A stretch of DNA of 64,000 nt, taken from NCBI RefSeq assembly GCF_963921235.1, contig NC_086097.1, positions 88,104,001 through 88,168,000 of the forward strand, given 5' to 3'. How positions within the stretch are numbered: position 1 is the first letter of the stretch; every line of letters begins with the position of its first letter. The notes under the pieces were generated by a model that was not told the origin of the DNA, made no database searches, and saw nothing but the letters and a program-made list of their open reading frames with translations. Below are positions 39,964 to 50,119 of this stretch, piece after piece. Made by a program: the position numbers and the translations under genes. Source of the DNA: Mobula hypostoma (taxonomy: Eukaryota).

Positions 39964-40975
39964 ATGGCTAGTCGAACCCACAGCCTATGACTGTATATTC
40001 CAATTGCTTTTAAGAGTTTTTATTTTTTAGTGAATTTTATGCACATCAAAGTGAGGGATGTCAGAGGCTTATCAAAAGATATCCCATTTGGGAATCCATT
40101 ATCAGCATCAAGTACTCCCAAGGCAGTCATAAACCATTCCACTACACAGTAAAAGGTTTCTTCTCTGAAGTCATACACTCAGAAGGTTACTAGCTACTGC
40201 ATTAATGTGCTATTGTTCTATTTTATCTGAGTAAGGCAATCTATGATTATCCAAGCTCACTTTAATAATCGAAATCGAAATCAGCAGACCTGAACTTAGA
40301 AAGGTTAGGTTGGAACAAAACAGAAGCTGGTAAGCAAATAGTGGTGGATGATATACCTGCAAACCTTCTTCGCTTTGCTTGCAGAATGATGAATTTGGAC
40401 TATTTACATGGTTATCACATCCAAAAAAAGCATGCAGTGCTTATTGACTATTGTGTCAGCAAGGGGCTCAAAATCACAGCTGATTACCAGCTATTCAATG
40501 GTGGCCCAAGTCTTTTACAGGATAAGTGCACTGTTGCCGGAAAAGGAGGAAGAATTAAAGGGAATGTATAGGGGGAACCTATTCAGCCCAGGGGAAAAAA
40601 GACCTGCCCAGACTACTCCCACTTTATAGCATTAACTGTATAACCTAACAAGTTATAATTATAGAAGTGCATCTCCACTATTTGAATGTGATGAACATTT
40701 CAGCCTTAACATCCTTCCTGGCTATCACTCCCACATCTCCATCATCCCTGAGTGAAAAACATATCCTCATCTATGTTCTGATCCTTCTAACAAGTAGATC
40801 TATCCCCTCAGATTCAAACCTTTATTTTAGACATAAGTCCTCTTAAACTGTGCCCCTATGCTGATGTTTGAATAGAATAGCTTTTTGAATGATTGCTAGC
40901 TAACTGTAAGCGAATGTGTACATTGGTCTTTTCGTAATCTACCAAAGTTGTCTGTGAAAGAAATAAAACAGAAGA
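39964..40975 (+). pseudogene. Endogenous paramyxovirus-like matrix (M) gene, near full length, degraded
   Basis: Collinear blocks versus recalled Sendai M: TVKGFFSE/LLLGFFET; ADLNL..TEAGKQIV-VDDIPANLL/TDLRI..VRAGEMIVYMVDSIGAPLL; GYHIQKKHAVLIDYCVSKGLKITADYQLFNG/GMIFNANKVALAPQCLPVDKDIRFRVVFVNG (ungapped); FSLNILPGYHSH/FSLGLIGGISFH; IYPL/CFPL; FRNLPKLSVKEI/FRYYPNVVAKNI. Confidence 0.8.
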
Positions 40976-41079
40976 GAGATGCCCTGCATCTAAACATCAG
41001 ATCTTCAAGAACATGCTCAGAAAGGAATGGAATAAGGAACAGTGAAACAGCAATGTCACTTCCAGGGTGAAGTGTAGAA

Positions 41080-41620
41080 AGAAACTGAGTAATGTCACAT
41101 TCAAATGCCACCAGCAGTTACAAATTCATTGGATCCACAGACTCGCCTATCAACAATATCTATCAATCAGGGTTCTCCCACAGACTTTACTCGTACTATC
41201 AACACATAATGCTGTTGCAAAACTCACACCCATATCGTGAAAAGTTTACACATCCTGAGAAGTATTCAATCATACACATTGATGAATATTCAGGCAAAAT
41301 TTGCATGAAATCCTTGGGAAGCAAACTAAAAGAAAACTCATGTGAATTGTGATTTATCTTCAATGGAGGAGATGATATAGGGCAACGTGGAAAAGGTAGA
41401 GCACACGCCAAAGTCTTTGGTGCATCAACCCTCCCCCTATTTATTCTAGCAGAATGCATCAGTATTCCCACCACCCACCAAGCAACAGTAAAGCCACCAA
41501 AGAGAGAACATGGTCTACAGTACATCAGAAAATAACTTCACTCCATCATCTTGACATCTCACAGCACCTTCTCTCACTAAAAAGGGAGAGACAGATATTG
41601 CTCCTTCCGCAATGAAAAGG
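41080..41620 (+). pseudogene. Endogenous paramyxovirus-like fusion (F) gene, N-terminal remnant (F2, fusion peptide, HRA)
   Basis: KLSNV (41082), QYLSIRVLP (41154), IDEY/RQNLHEIL (41278-41315), RAHAKVFG...ILAECISIPTTHQAT and IRK*LHSIILT (41524; Nipah INKLKSSIEST), in the expected order. Confidence 0.55.
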
Positions 41621-42289
41621 GAGACAAGCAGTCACTATTTTGATGTTAGTCAGACTGAAGCGTTGCTTTTATTGCGAGTTCCCTGACTTAAGAATCAGCA
41701 CCAAATGAGAGAGATATATATATATATATATATCTTCCATGTTCTGGCTCCCGCTACGCTTCAGATCATGACATCTGTGAGAATTTGTGTCCACAGGGCC
41801 GTGCAAGGCCACACCTCAAAGGTGCCCAACTCAGACTGAACCTGGACGTGTTCAGAATTGCAGTTGGAGTGCCTTTGTAGATCAAAGAACCTGGCAGGAA
41901 CCTAGCCACCCTGAAAAAGAAAATAGCGACATTAGAAGAAGAAGAATATAACTGTTTTGTTGATGGGCTGGGAGAAGTCGCTCTCTGGTGCCATCTTTAG
42001 CTCAGTCCCTTGATTAAAATAATTCAGTTACTTAAAATAATAAAATGACGGAATTAGTCCAAATACATTAACCTGGTGTAAGTTTAATTTAAAAATAAAG
42101 AAAGATAAAAATAAACAAATACTTAGCTTGAACTTCATTTTTTAATGGTCAGCAACAGCATCCAAAGTAATTGTTTGTGCTTCTGTTGAGTGTTAAACAC
42201 TCCTGCACAGAAATAAACAAAACTGGCACTCCATGGCAAAATGAGATGAGAGACCTGGATTCACTTTGCATCTAGTTGAGGGGTTCTTT

Positions 42290-43640
42290 GGGGTCCTCAA
42301 CACTACCTGCCCTCCACCAATCTCCATATCATCTCCAATCTTGGCAAAAAAGCTGTCTATTCCATTATCTAAATCATTGATATACAGCATAAAAAGAAAT
42401 GGTCCAACACCGACCACTGCGGAAAACCACTAGTCATTGGCAGCTAACCAGAAGAGGATCCTTTTATTTCCACTTGCTGGCTCCTACCAATCAGCCAATG
42501 CCCTAACCATGCCAGTAAATTTCCTGTAATACCATGGGGTCTTAACTTGGTAAGCAGCCTCTTGTGTGGCACCTTGTCAAAGGCCTTCTGAGCTTCCAAA
42601 TATACAACATCCATTACATCGCCTTTATCTATCCTACTTGTAATCTCCTCAAAGAATTCCAACAGGTTAATCAGGTAAGATTTTTCCTTAAGGAAACCAT
42701 GCTGACTCTGTCCTATCTTGTCCTGTGTCACCAAGTACACCATAATTTTATGCTTAACAATTAATTCCAACCACTGAGGTCAGGCTAACTAGTCTATAAT
42801 TTCCTTTCTGTTGCCTTCCTCCTTTCTTAAAGAGTGGAGTGACATTTGCAATTTTCCAGTCCTCTGGCACCATGCCAGACCAATGACTTTTGAAAGATCA
42901 TTACTAATGCCTTCACAATCTGTACCACTACCTCTTTCAGACCCCAGGGTGCAGTTCATCTGGCCTGTGTAACTTATGTACCCTTAGGTCTTTCAGCTCT
43001 TTGAGCACCTTCTCCCTTGTAATAGTAACTGCACTCACTTCTCTTCCCTCACACCCTTCAACATCTGGCACACTGCAAGACTGATGTAAAATGCTCATTT
43101 TAGTTCATCTGCCATCTCCTTGTTCCCCATTATTACTTCTCCAGTTTCATTTTCTAGCGGTCCTATATCCACTCTCATCTCTTTTTTTTTTACATACTGG
43201 AAAAAGCTTTTACTATCCACTATGATATCGTTTGCTCGCTTGCTTTCATATTTCATCTTTTCCCTCCTAGGGATTCTTTTTGTTGCTCTCTGTAGGTTTT
43301 TAAAAGCTTCCCAGTCCTCTGTCTTACCAGTAATTTTTGCGTTATTGTATATTGTATGCCCTCTCTTTTGCTTTTACATTAGCTTTGACTCCCCTTGTCA
43401 GCCACGGTTGTACTATTTTGCCATTTGGTTTTGTAATATATCTATCCTGCACCTTCCTCATTTCTCCCAAAAACTCACACCATAGCTGCTTTGCTGTCAT
43501 CCCTGCCAGCAGCTCCTTCCAATTAACTTCAGCCAACTCCTTTCTCATACCACCGTAATTTCCTTTACTCCACCGAAATACTGCTATGTCAGACTTTACT
43601 TTCTCCTTTATCAAATTTCAAGTTGAAGTCAGTCATGTTG
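42290..43640 (-). mobile_element. CR1 LINE ORF2 fragment
   Basis: WSKGNYGGMRKELAEVNW, QSQHGFLKEKSYLINLLEFFE, KAFDKVPH and LYINDLD...KIGDD. Confidence 0.93.
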
Positions 43641-43769
43641 TGATCATTGCCTTCATGCTCCAACTAATCAAGAATCCATCAATCTCTGCCTTAAATATAT
43701 CCAATGACTTGGTCTTCACAGCCAACTGTGGCAATGAATTCCAGATTCACCACTTTCTGGCTAGAAGAA

Positions 43770-44266
43770 GTAAAAGCGTAGACTATTTTCGAAATGGTGA
43801 AGAAAATTTAAAAATTTGAGGTGCAAAGGGACTTGGAAGACCTTGCAGGATTCGCAAAAGCTTAATTTGCAGGTTGAATCAGTGGTGAGGAAGGCAAATG
43901 CGATGTTGGCATTGATTTTGAGAGGACTAGAATATGAAAGCAAGGATGTAATGTTAAGGCTTTATAAGGCAGTGGTTAGACCACACTTGGAGTATTGTGA
44001 GCTGTTTTGAGCCCCTTATCTAAGAAAGGATGTACTGATGTTGGTGAGGGTTCAAAGGAGGTTCACAAAGATGATTTCAGGATTGAAAGGTTTATTTTAT
44101 CAGGAGCATTTGATGGCTCTGGGCCAGTACTCACCGGATATCAGAAGAATGAGGGGGGATCTCATTGAAACATATTAGAAGTTGAAAGGCCTCAAAAGAG
44201 TGGATGTAGAGAGGATGTTTCCTATGATGGGGGGATGGTCTAAGACCAGAGGACACAACTTCAGAA
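43770..44266 (+). mobile_element. CR1 ORF2 C-terminal fragment
   Basis: KANAMLALILRGLEYESKDVMLRLYKAVVRPHLEYC and TRGHNFRI. Confidence 0.9.
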
Positions 44267-44634
44267 TTCTCCTTCCTCTCACCCAGTCTCCTGTGTCCTG
44301 CCCCTTGGGTATAACTACCTCTCTCTATGTTCTATCAATCATCTCATCAGCCTCCCAACTGATCCACCCTTCATCCAGCTCAAGCTCCAACTCCTTAACA
44401 CAGAGCATCAGAAGCTGCAGCTGGATGCATTTCTTGCAGACTTCTTGAAGTCTCCCTGCTTTCCCACATCAGCATGCGGAGCATTCGACTATCCTGCCTG
44501 GCACCCCTACCTTTCTTACTGTGTATATATAAAGAAGGAAAACAATAAGTAAACTGGGGAAAATCTACCTACAGCTTTTTTTTTGGCCTTCTCTCAATCT
44601 AGCTTCTCCAAGCTGTAGCCTTGAAGAGCTAAAG

Positions 44635-45605
44635 CAGGGGTCCCCAACCTTTTTTTGCACCACCGACCGGTTTATTATTGACAATATCCTTGCAGACCGG
44701 CTGATGCGGGGGTGGGGGTAGGGTTGCCAACGGACAAGAGTAGCAGTCAAATATGTTGTTTACCCTGAGAAAGACTACAATGACCATGAAGCCTTGCGTG
44801 GGTACCAGTGCGCATGCATGTCTTGCGCATGCGTGTACGTGCTGATTTTTTTCTACAAATCGCTTTTGCCGATTCTGTTTGGGGGGGGGGGTGTTAATTA
44901 TGACCGGAATACAGGTGGTAAGTGGCTAATACACTCAATTTCGTTTCTAAAAGGGTTTATCTAACGAATTTAATATTAAACACACAGCGCATATTTTCCT
45001 TGCATGAATATAGTGATAAGTCAATTATAAGTCACTTGTAAGTCAATAGCATCATAACATTTTAAGTAACGTTTGGATATTAAACACACAGCACATATTT
45101 TCCCCGTATAAACATATAAACTCATTGCAACACACCAATATCGCTGAATCAGTGGGAGCCCTGGGCTTGTTTCCCTGCAACAAGACAGTGCCATCGAGGA
45201 GTGATGGGAGACAGCGATACTCGAAGGGGGTTCCTTATGTCCAGTCTATTCTGCAATTTAGTTTTCGTTGCATTCATTGCAAAGATATGTTGGAAATGGA
45301 AGCAACGTTTTCAGTGCTTTAGTGGCTATCTCAGGATATTTAGCCTTGACTTTGATCCAGAATGCCGGCAGAGATGTTATGTCAAACATACTTTTCAGCC
45401 CGCCGTCATTTGCAAGCTCGAGGAGTTGATCTTCTTCCCGCGCTGTCATGGACGACGCGTGGGTAATGACCTCGCATGCGTTCAAGCTCAACAGTGGGCG
45501 TGACAGGGAATGAGGAAAGGTGCAGCTGACTCCTATCACCAAATCATATTGTTTCCTTGCGGCCCGGTAGCATACGCTTTGCGGCCTGGTGGTTGGGGAC
45601 CGCTG
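44635..45605 (-). mobile_element. Non-autonomous hAT (Charlie/Buster-like) transposon inside a CR1 5' fragment
   Basis: Ends CAGGGGTCCCCAACC and GGTTGGGGACCGCTG. Perfect 8-bp TSD AGCTAAAG (44627-44634 and 45606-45613). Remnant of the hAT dimerisation domain LPAFWIKVKAKYPEIATKALKTLLPFPT. Confidence 0.95.
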
Positions 45606-46479
45606 AGCTAAAGCCTCAAATAACCACTCTAGCACTGTCCACTCCATCAAAATTTCTGGAGTTACAAAACACAACAGGGTGCACACCCACTGAATTTCGC
45701 AAACTGTTCATTAGCTGTCAAAGAATAGGAAAGGTAATACCTAGGGGAAGGAGTCTACGCTGGCCAGGCATTCTCTTGATTCCGATAAAAATTTCTGCTT
45801 CCAATGTGGGGTCATCTACTTCTACGTTTGTTGGTCTTCAGAGAGTTGTTGCTGCCTGTGCTCCCAAATTCTTATCAGATCAGTTTCCTCTGACTGACAC
45901 GTGTCAGCTTCTCAGTGGATGTGGCCCAAAGCTACAGCAGGATTAGTTTTTGGCCCTTCCCTCTAGCCTTGTGCCTTAGGTGATTCCTTTTGGGATTTCA
46001 AACCCAGTCTGGTTCAAACCATTTCAACCAGGTCAACCAAGCACTTGGCCCAGGCTACCAGATCACAGACTGTTCCTTATGCAAGCCTGCACTTTATATA
46101 ATAAAGAGCTTCTTATCTGAAAGTGGTCTCAGCAGAAAACTCATGGTCTCCATGTTCAGTTGCTCTGATTATGTTATCCTGGAGCAAGAATCAGTTCAAC
46201 AAACAGTTCACAAAATGGCAGCTATAAGGACAGTCTCACAAAATGACTACCTCCATTCCTGCAACCACATGGCAAGAAACAAAAACTTTTGTTTTCTGTT
46301 TCCTCCACCTTCGCTTCATTCCTGAACACTGATTGTGGTTCTTGCTGGCCAATGATAGAGTCCTGAAAAATCTTTTGGACTAATGATCTTCATAAATCTA
46401 AGTACTGAGTACAGGGTATGGGATGTTATGTTGAAGTTGTATAAGAGGCTAGCAAAGTCTAATTTGGAGTATATTGCGA

Positions 46480-47220
46480 GTCACGCAAAATATTCAATTT
46501 GTACTGTGGAGAGATTGGATAGAACCTTCAAAAGGAGTTTCAAAATTGTGTGGATACAGATGGAACCAACTGTAATAATAAGATCATAAAAAAACTATGA
46601 GACATAGGAGCAGAATTAGACCATTTGTTCTATTGAGTCTTTTCTGCTATTTTATCATGGCTGATTTATATTCCCTCTCAACCCCATTCCCCTCCCTTCA
46701 CCTCGTAATTTTTGATGCCCTTGCTAATCAAGAATCTATCAACATCTGACTTAAATATGATGGTATTGGGTTCACTGTCTGCAAAACCATAAACTCAAAA
46801 GAAGGTTTTAAGTCAATCCAATACAGGGATTGATGGGTTACTTTGGGAGGTTATACTGTTTCCACCTTCTCTTCAATGAATATCTTAGTTTCCTCTCTAG
46901 TCTCTGCGCCCGAGGTCTATCTGCCAATATCCACTGAATGAGTGGTGGATCCTTCTCCCTAACAAGCAAGAGATACTTCCAGCTAATGGAGTAGTTTAAA
47001 CACACTTCTTGTCAATGATACACATTTAAATTTAGACAGATCGGTCTTAACACACATTTAATGCTCTCAGAGGATTTCTAATTTATAAAAGATTTCCAAA
47101 TTACCAAAGATTTGCAAACCGCAGAGGAGTTCTAAACACAGGTATCATTCTTATGAACTAGAAGAACTTACCAATGAGTTGCAGAAAAATGAAGCACCTG
47201 TTGCAGAAACCGAAGGTTAA
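46480..47220 (+). pseudogene. Endogenous paramyxovirus-like F gene, central and HRB remnants (CR1 3' piece at about 46590-46757 inside)
   Basis: KIFNLYCGE (NDV ELNLYLTE); VLGSLSA...TGIDGLLWEVIL (Sendai ALSSLYSA..TGQSNIYDVIY); GLSANIH/NEWWILLP at 46914-46960 (measles GVSYNIGSQEWYTTVP); SYELEELTNELQK heptad at 47149. Confidence 0.65.
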
Positions 47221-47231
47221 GGAATGAATTC

Positions 47232-48985
47232 AAAGTTCAAAGTAAATTTATTATCAAAATACAAATATGTCAACAAATACAACCCTCAGATTCATTTTCT
47301 TGCAGCATACTCAATAAATCTATAGAATAATAACCATAACAGAATCAATGAAAGCCCGCCCAACTTGGCTGTTAGAGTGCAGAAAACAATAAATTGTGTA
47401 AATACAAAAAGAAATAAATAATAATAAATAAATGTAACCTGGGAAAAATACCCATTCAGGACCACAAATACTTTTTCAAGTCTTTAATTCCTTTATCTGT
47501 TTTAGATGTTTTAATGCAGAAAGAGAAGATCAAAATAAAAAAACAACAAAATGAATTGTAAAAAAAAGCACAGTTCCTGTTGTTACCATCTCAGCTTAAT
47601 TTGGGTCCACACACCTGTGTATCAACTAGTTACGTATGCAGTATGAAAATCAATAAAACAAAATACACAAAAGCAATACAGTAGTGACAATTGCTAAAAA
47701 AAACAATACAAACAACATTAGAATCCTACCAACCCTGGACCTTACACACAATATCAAAAATATAAATAAATACATCTCATCTTAACTAAGAGGTATATTG
47801 GCACACATGTGCTTAATTTCCAAACATGCACAGGCTAGACGCTGAAATGAATTCTCTTTGTTCACACTACGTGAACAGAAATGAACACATTCACATTATT
47901 CTGTTACATTCACATTTGGTCATGAAACAATAAAGTAAGACAAAAATACAATGTTATGAAAACTTTTACAGTATATTGCCTTGTAGTTAAAATCATTAGA
48001 AAGACTAATCTACTAGGCTGATAAGGAACTTTTCACAACTATGCCATCCAGTGCCGATACCTACTCGCGAAAATCTAAAATATCCACATGTAAAATAAGT
48101 AAAATTTCCGATATTCTAGACTTACAAACAAGTATAAACAAATTCACACGGATATTATCAAGTATCATTCACCATTCCTCATGCCTGGGAAAAGCAGCTC
48201 CCACCACTCGATGTTTGTTCTAAAACATTGTAACTCTTTTCTTCTACTCCACACGTGCATAATGACATCACTGTTTTCTCTTAAAGGCACAGACAGCTAT
48301 TGTAGCATTACTAGGGTGAATACATAAGTGTACAATAAAAAATAATATTCAGTGGTGACCTGGTTACATAAATAAGTATTAAATAGCGAGAACATGGGAC
48401 GAAGAGTCATTGAAAGTGAGCCAATCAGTTGTGAAAACATTTCAGTGATGGGTAAAGTGAAGTTGTGTGAAGTTATCCACTTTGGTTGAAGAGTCTGATG
48501 GCTGAGGGGTAGTAAGTGTTCCTGAATGTGGTAGTGCAAATCCTGAGGCTCCTGTATCATCTTCTTGAAGGCGGCAGTGAGAATAGAGCATGTTGTGGGT
48601 GGTGGGGGTCCTTGATGATGGAATCTGCTTTCCTGCAAGAGCTTTACATGTAGATGTGCTCTTCAGTGGGGAGAGCTTTACCTATGATGGACTGGGCCGT
48701 ATCAACTACTTTTTGTATGATTTCCTGTTCAATTGGTGTTTCAGCTGGTCAATATACTCTTCGCTACACATTTAAAATTCTTTCGAAAGTTTTAGCTGTC
48801 ATGCTGAATCTCCACAAACTTTTAAGGAAGTAGAGGCACTGCCGTGCTTTCTTCTTAATTGCACTTATGTGCTGGTCCCAGGACAGGTCCTCCGAAATAA
48901 CAACACCGAGGAATTTGGAGTTGCTGGCCTCTCCACCTCCGATCCTCCAATGGGGACTGGCTCGTGGATTTTTGGATTCCTTCTC
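47232..48985 (-). mobile_element. Rex1/L2-like LINE 3' fragment split by a solo LTR
   Basis: The 3' tail 'aaagttcaaagtaaatttattatcaaa' at 47232 continues after 48368 into degenerate RT C-terminus sequence (minus-strand LYFLKSL, FKFLGVVISEDLSW). Confidence 0.75.
47433..48368. mobile_element. Probable solo LTR
   Basis: TGTAACC...GGTTACA inverted termini with a 4-bp TSD TAAA (47429-47432 and 48369-48372), although this lies in an A-rich context. Confidence 0.7.
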
Positions 48986-48999
48986 CTGATTCCTTTACT

Positions 49000-49520
49000 A
49001 GGACAAAGTAACTCACACAGATGGTCTTAAAAGCTTCTGGCAACAGAGATCCTAAACATGAACAATTAATGCTGTGATGGTTGACCCCCTGAGTACACAA
49101 ACATCCCATTTGTAACCATGTTTGATAGGGTAAGGAACATAACCCCATTGTCTTGCATTTGGCTTACGGATTAAAGAAACCACATGGTGATATCACTTTG
49201 CAAAGCTGACTTCTTAGCAGGCAGCTACCTGCTGAGGACAACAGCATGTATTCTGTAACACTGTTTGCAAAGCTGTGCACTCGACTTCAAATTGATTGCT
49301 GCTTGCAATTTACATTAAGAACTGGAGACTGGTTCTTGTTTGCAACAAAAACCTGTATGAAGAATATTTGTTAGGAGTTTAACAGTATCATCAACAACTC
49401 TGATTCCTTAGAAAGGTTATGCTTCTATGCTAGAGAGCAGAGTTTAGTAATAAGACTCTCAGGCCTCAGAAAGTGAATATCCATCACAATATACCCAATG
49501 ACTTGGGATTAACAGCTATC
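49000..49520 (+). pseudogene. Endogenous paramyxovirus-like L polymerase remnant (conserved region IV)
   Basis: VLKASGNRDP...VDPLS/TNIP....RVRNIT...NHMVISL..ADFLAGSYLLRTTACIL*HCL versus Sendai L VLYRVMNQEP...SDPYSCNLP...IIKNIT...NPLLSGL..ASFLMDRKVILPRVAHEILGNSL. Confidence 0.72.
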
Positions 49521-49794
49521 TATGGCAATAATTCCACTGGTTCACCACACTCTCACTAAAGAAATGAGGCTGTGACTTCTGGTCGTAGACTCTCCCACAA
49601 TTTGAAACATCCTCTCCATGTCCACTCTATCTAGGCCTTTCAATATTAAGCAGCTTTCAATGAGGTCCCCCTCATTCTTCTAAACTCCATTGAGAAGAGG
49701 CCCAAATCCACAAAGCATTCCTCATACATTAATTCCTTCATTCCCAGGATCATTCTCATAAACCTCCTCTATACGATCTTATATTTTAGTTCTC

Positions 49795-49930
49795 TCAAAC
49801 TTTGCATTTATCTTCCTTGCTACCTGTTCAACTGGCATGTTAACCAGTAGGAAATCCTGCACAAGAATTCCAGTGTCCCTTTTAACCTCAGAATGGCCCA
49901 AAGTTTGCAGTGGGCTAGTGGTGTGGTGCT
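49795..49930 (+). pseudogene. L remnant, start of the capping (PRNTase) domain
   Basis: IYLP, MLTSRKSCTRIP and LRMAQSLQWASG (49887-49922) versus Sendai FYLP, TLTNGCPAIRIP and IRIAMVYTWAYG. Confidence 0.62.
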
Positions 49931-50119
49931 GAACTGATCTAAACTACTGGACTCCTGGTTTGATGTTTGATATTCTGTGTGTTGTTTGCTCACTTTTTGC
50001 CATTTGTGCAATTTGCTCTTTTTTGTGCATTGGGTGTTTGTTTTTTTTTTGAACAGGTTTCATGGTCTCTTTTTTATATTTCATGGCTGCCTGTGGGAGG
50101 TTTAATCTGTACAAAAAAG

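Noticed and set aside
40090..40460. Initial resemblance to the arenavirus NP exonuclease domain (KYSQG...GFFSEVI; HAVLID)
   Set aside because: There is no DxE motif, and paramyxovirus M explains many more collinear blocks across the whole region.
41579..41586. AAAAAGGG matching the P-gene editing motif
   Set aside because: It lies in the F-like region rather than between N and M, and is short enough to be chance.
45990..46325. ORF with ALG..QIT and ESVQQTVHKMAAIRTVSQNDY, resembling the F fusion peptide and HRA
   Set aside because: The spacing is about 11 aa off and it is redundant with the better-placed candidate at 41400-41620. Left unassigned pending a scored alignment.
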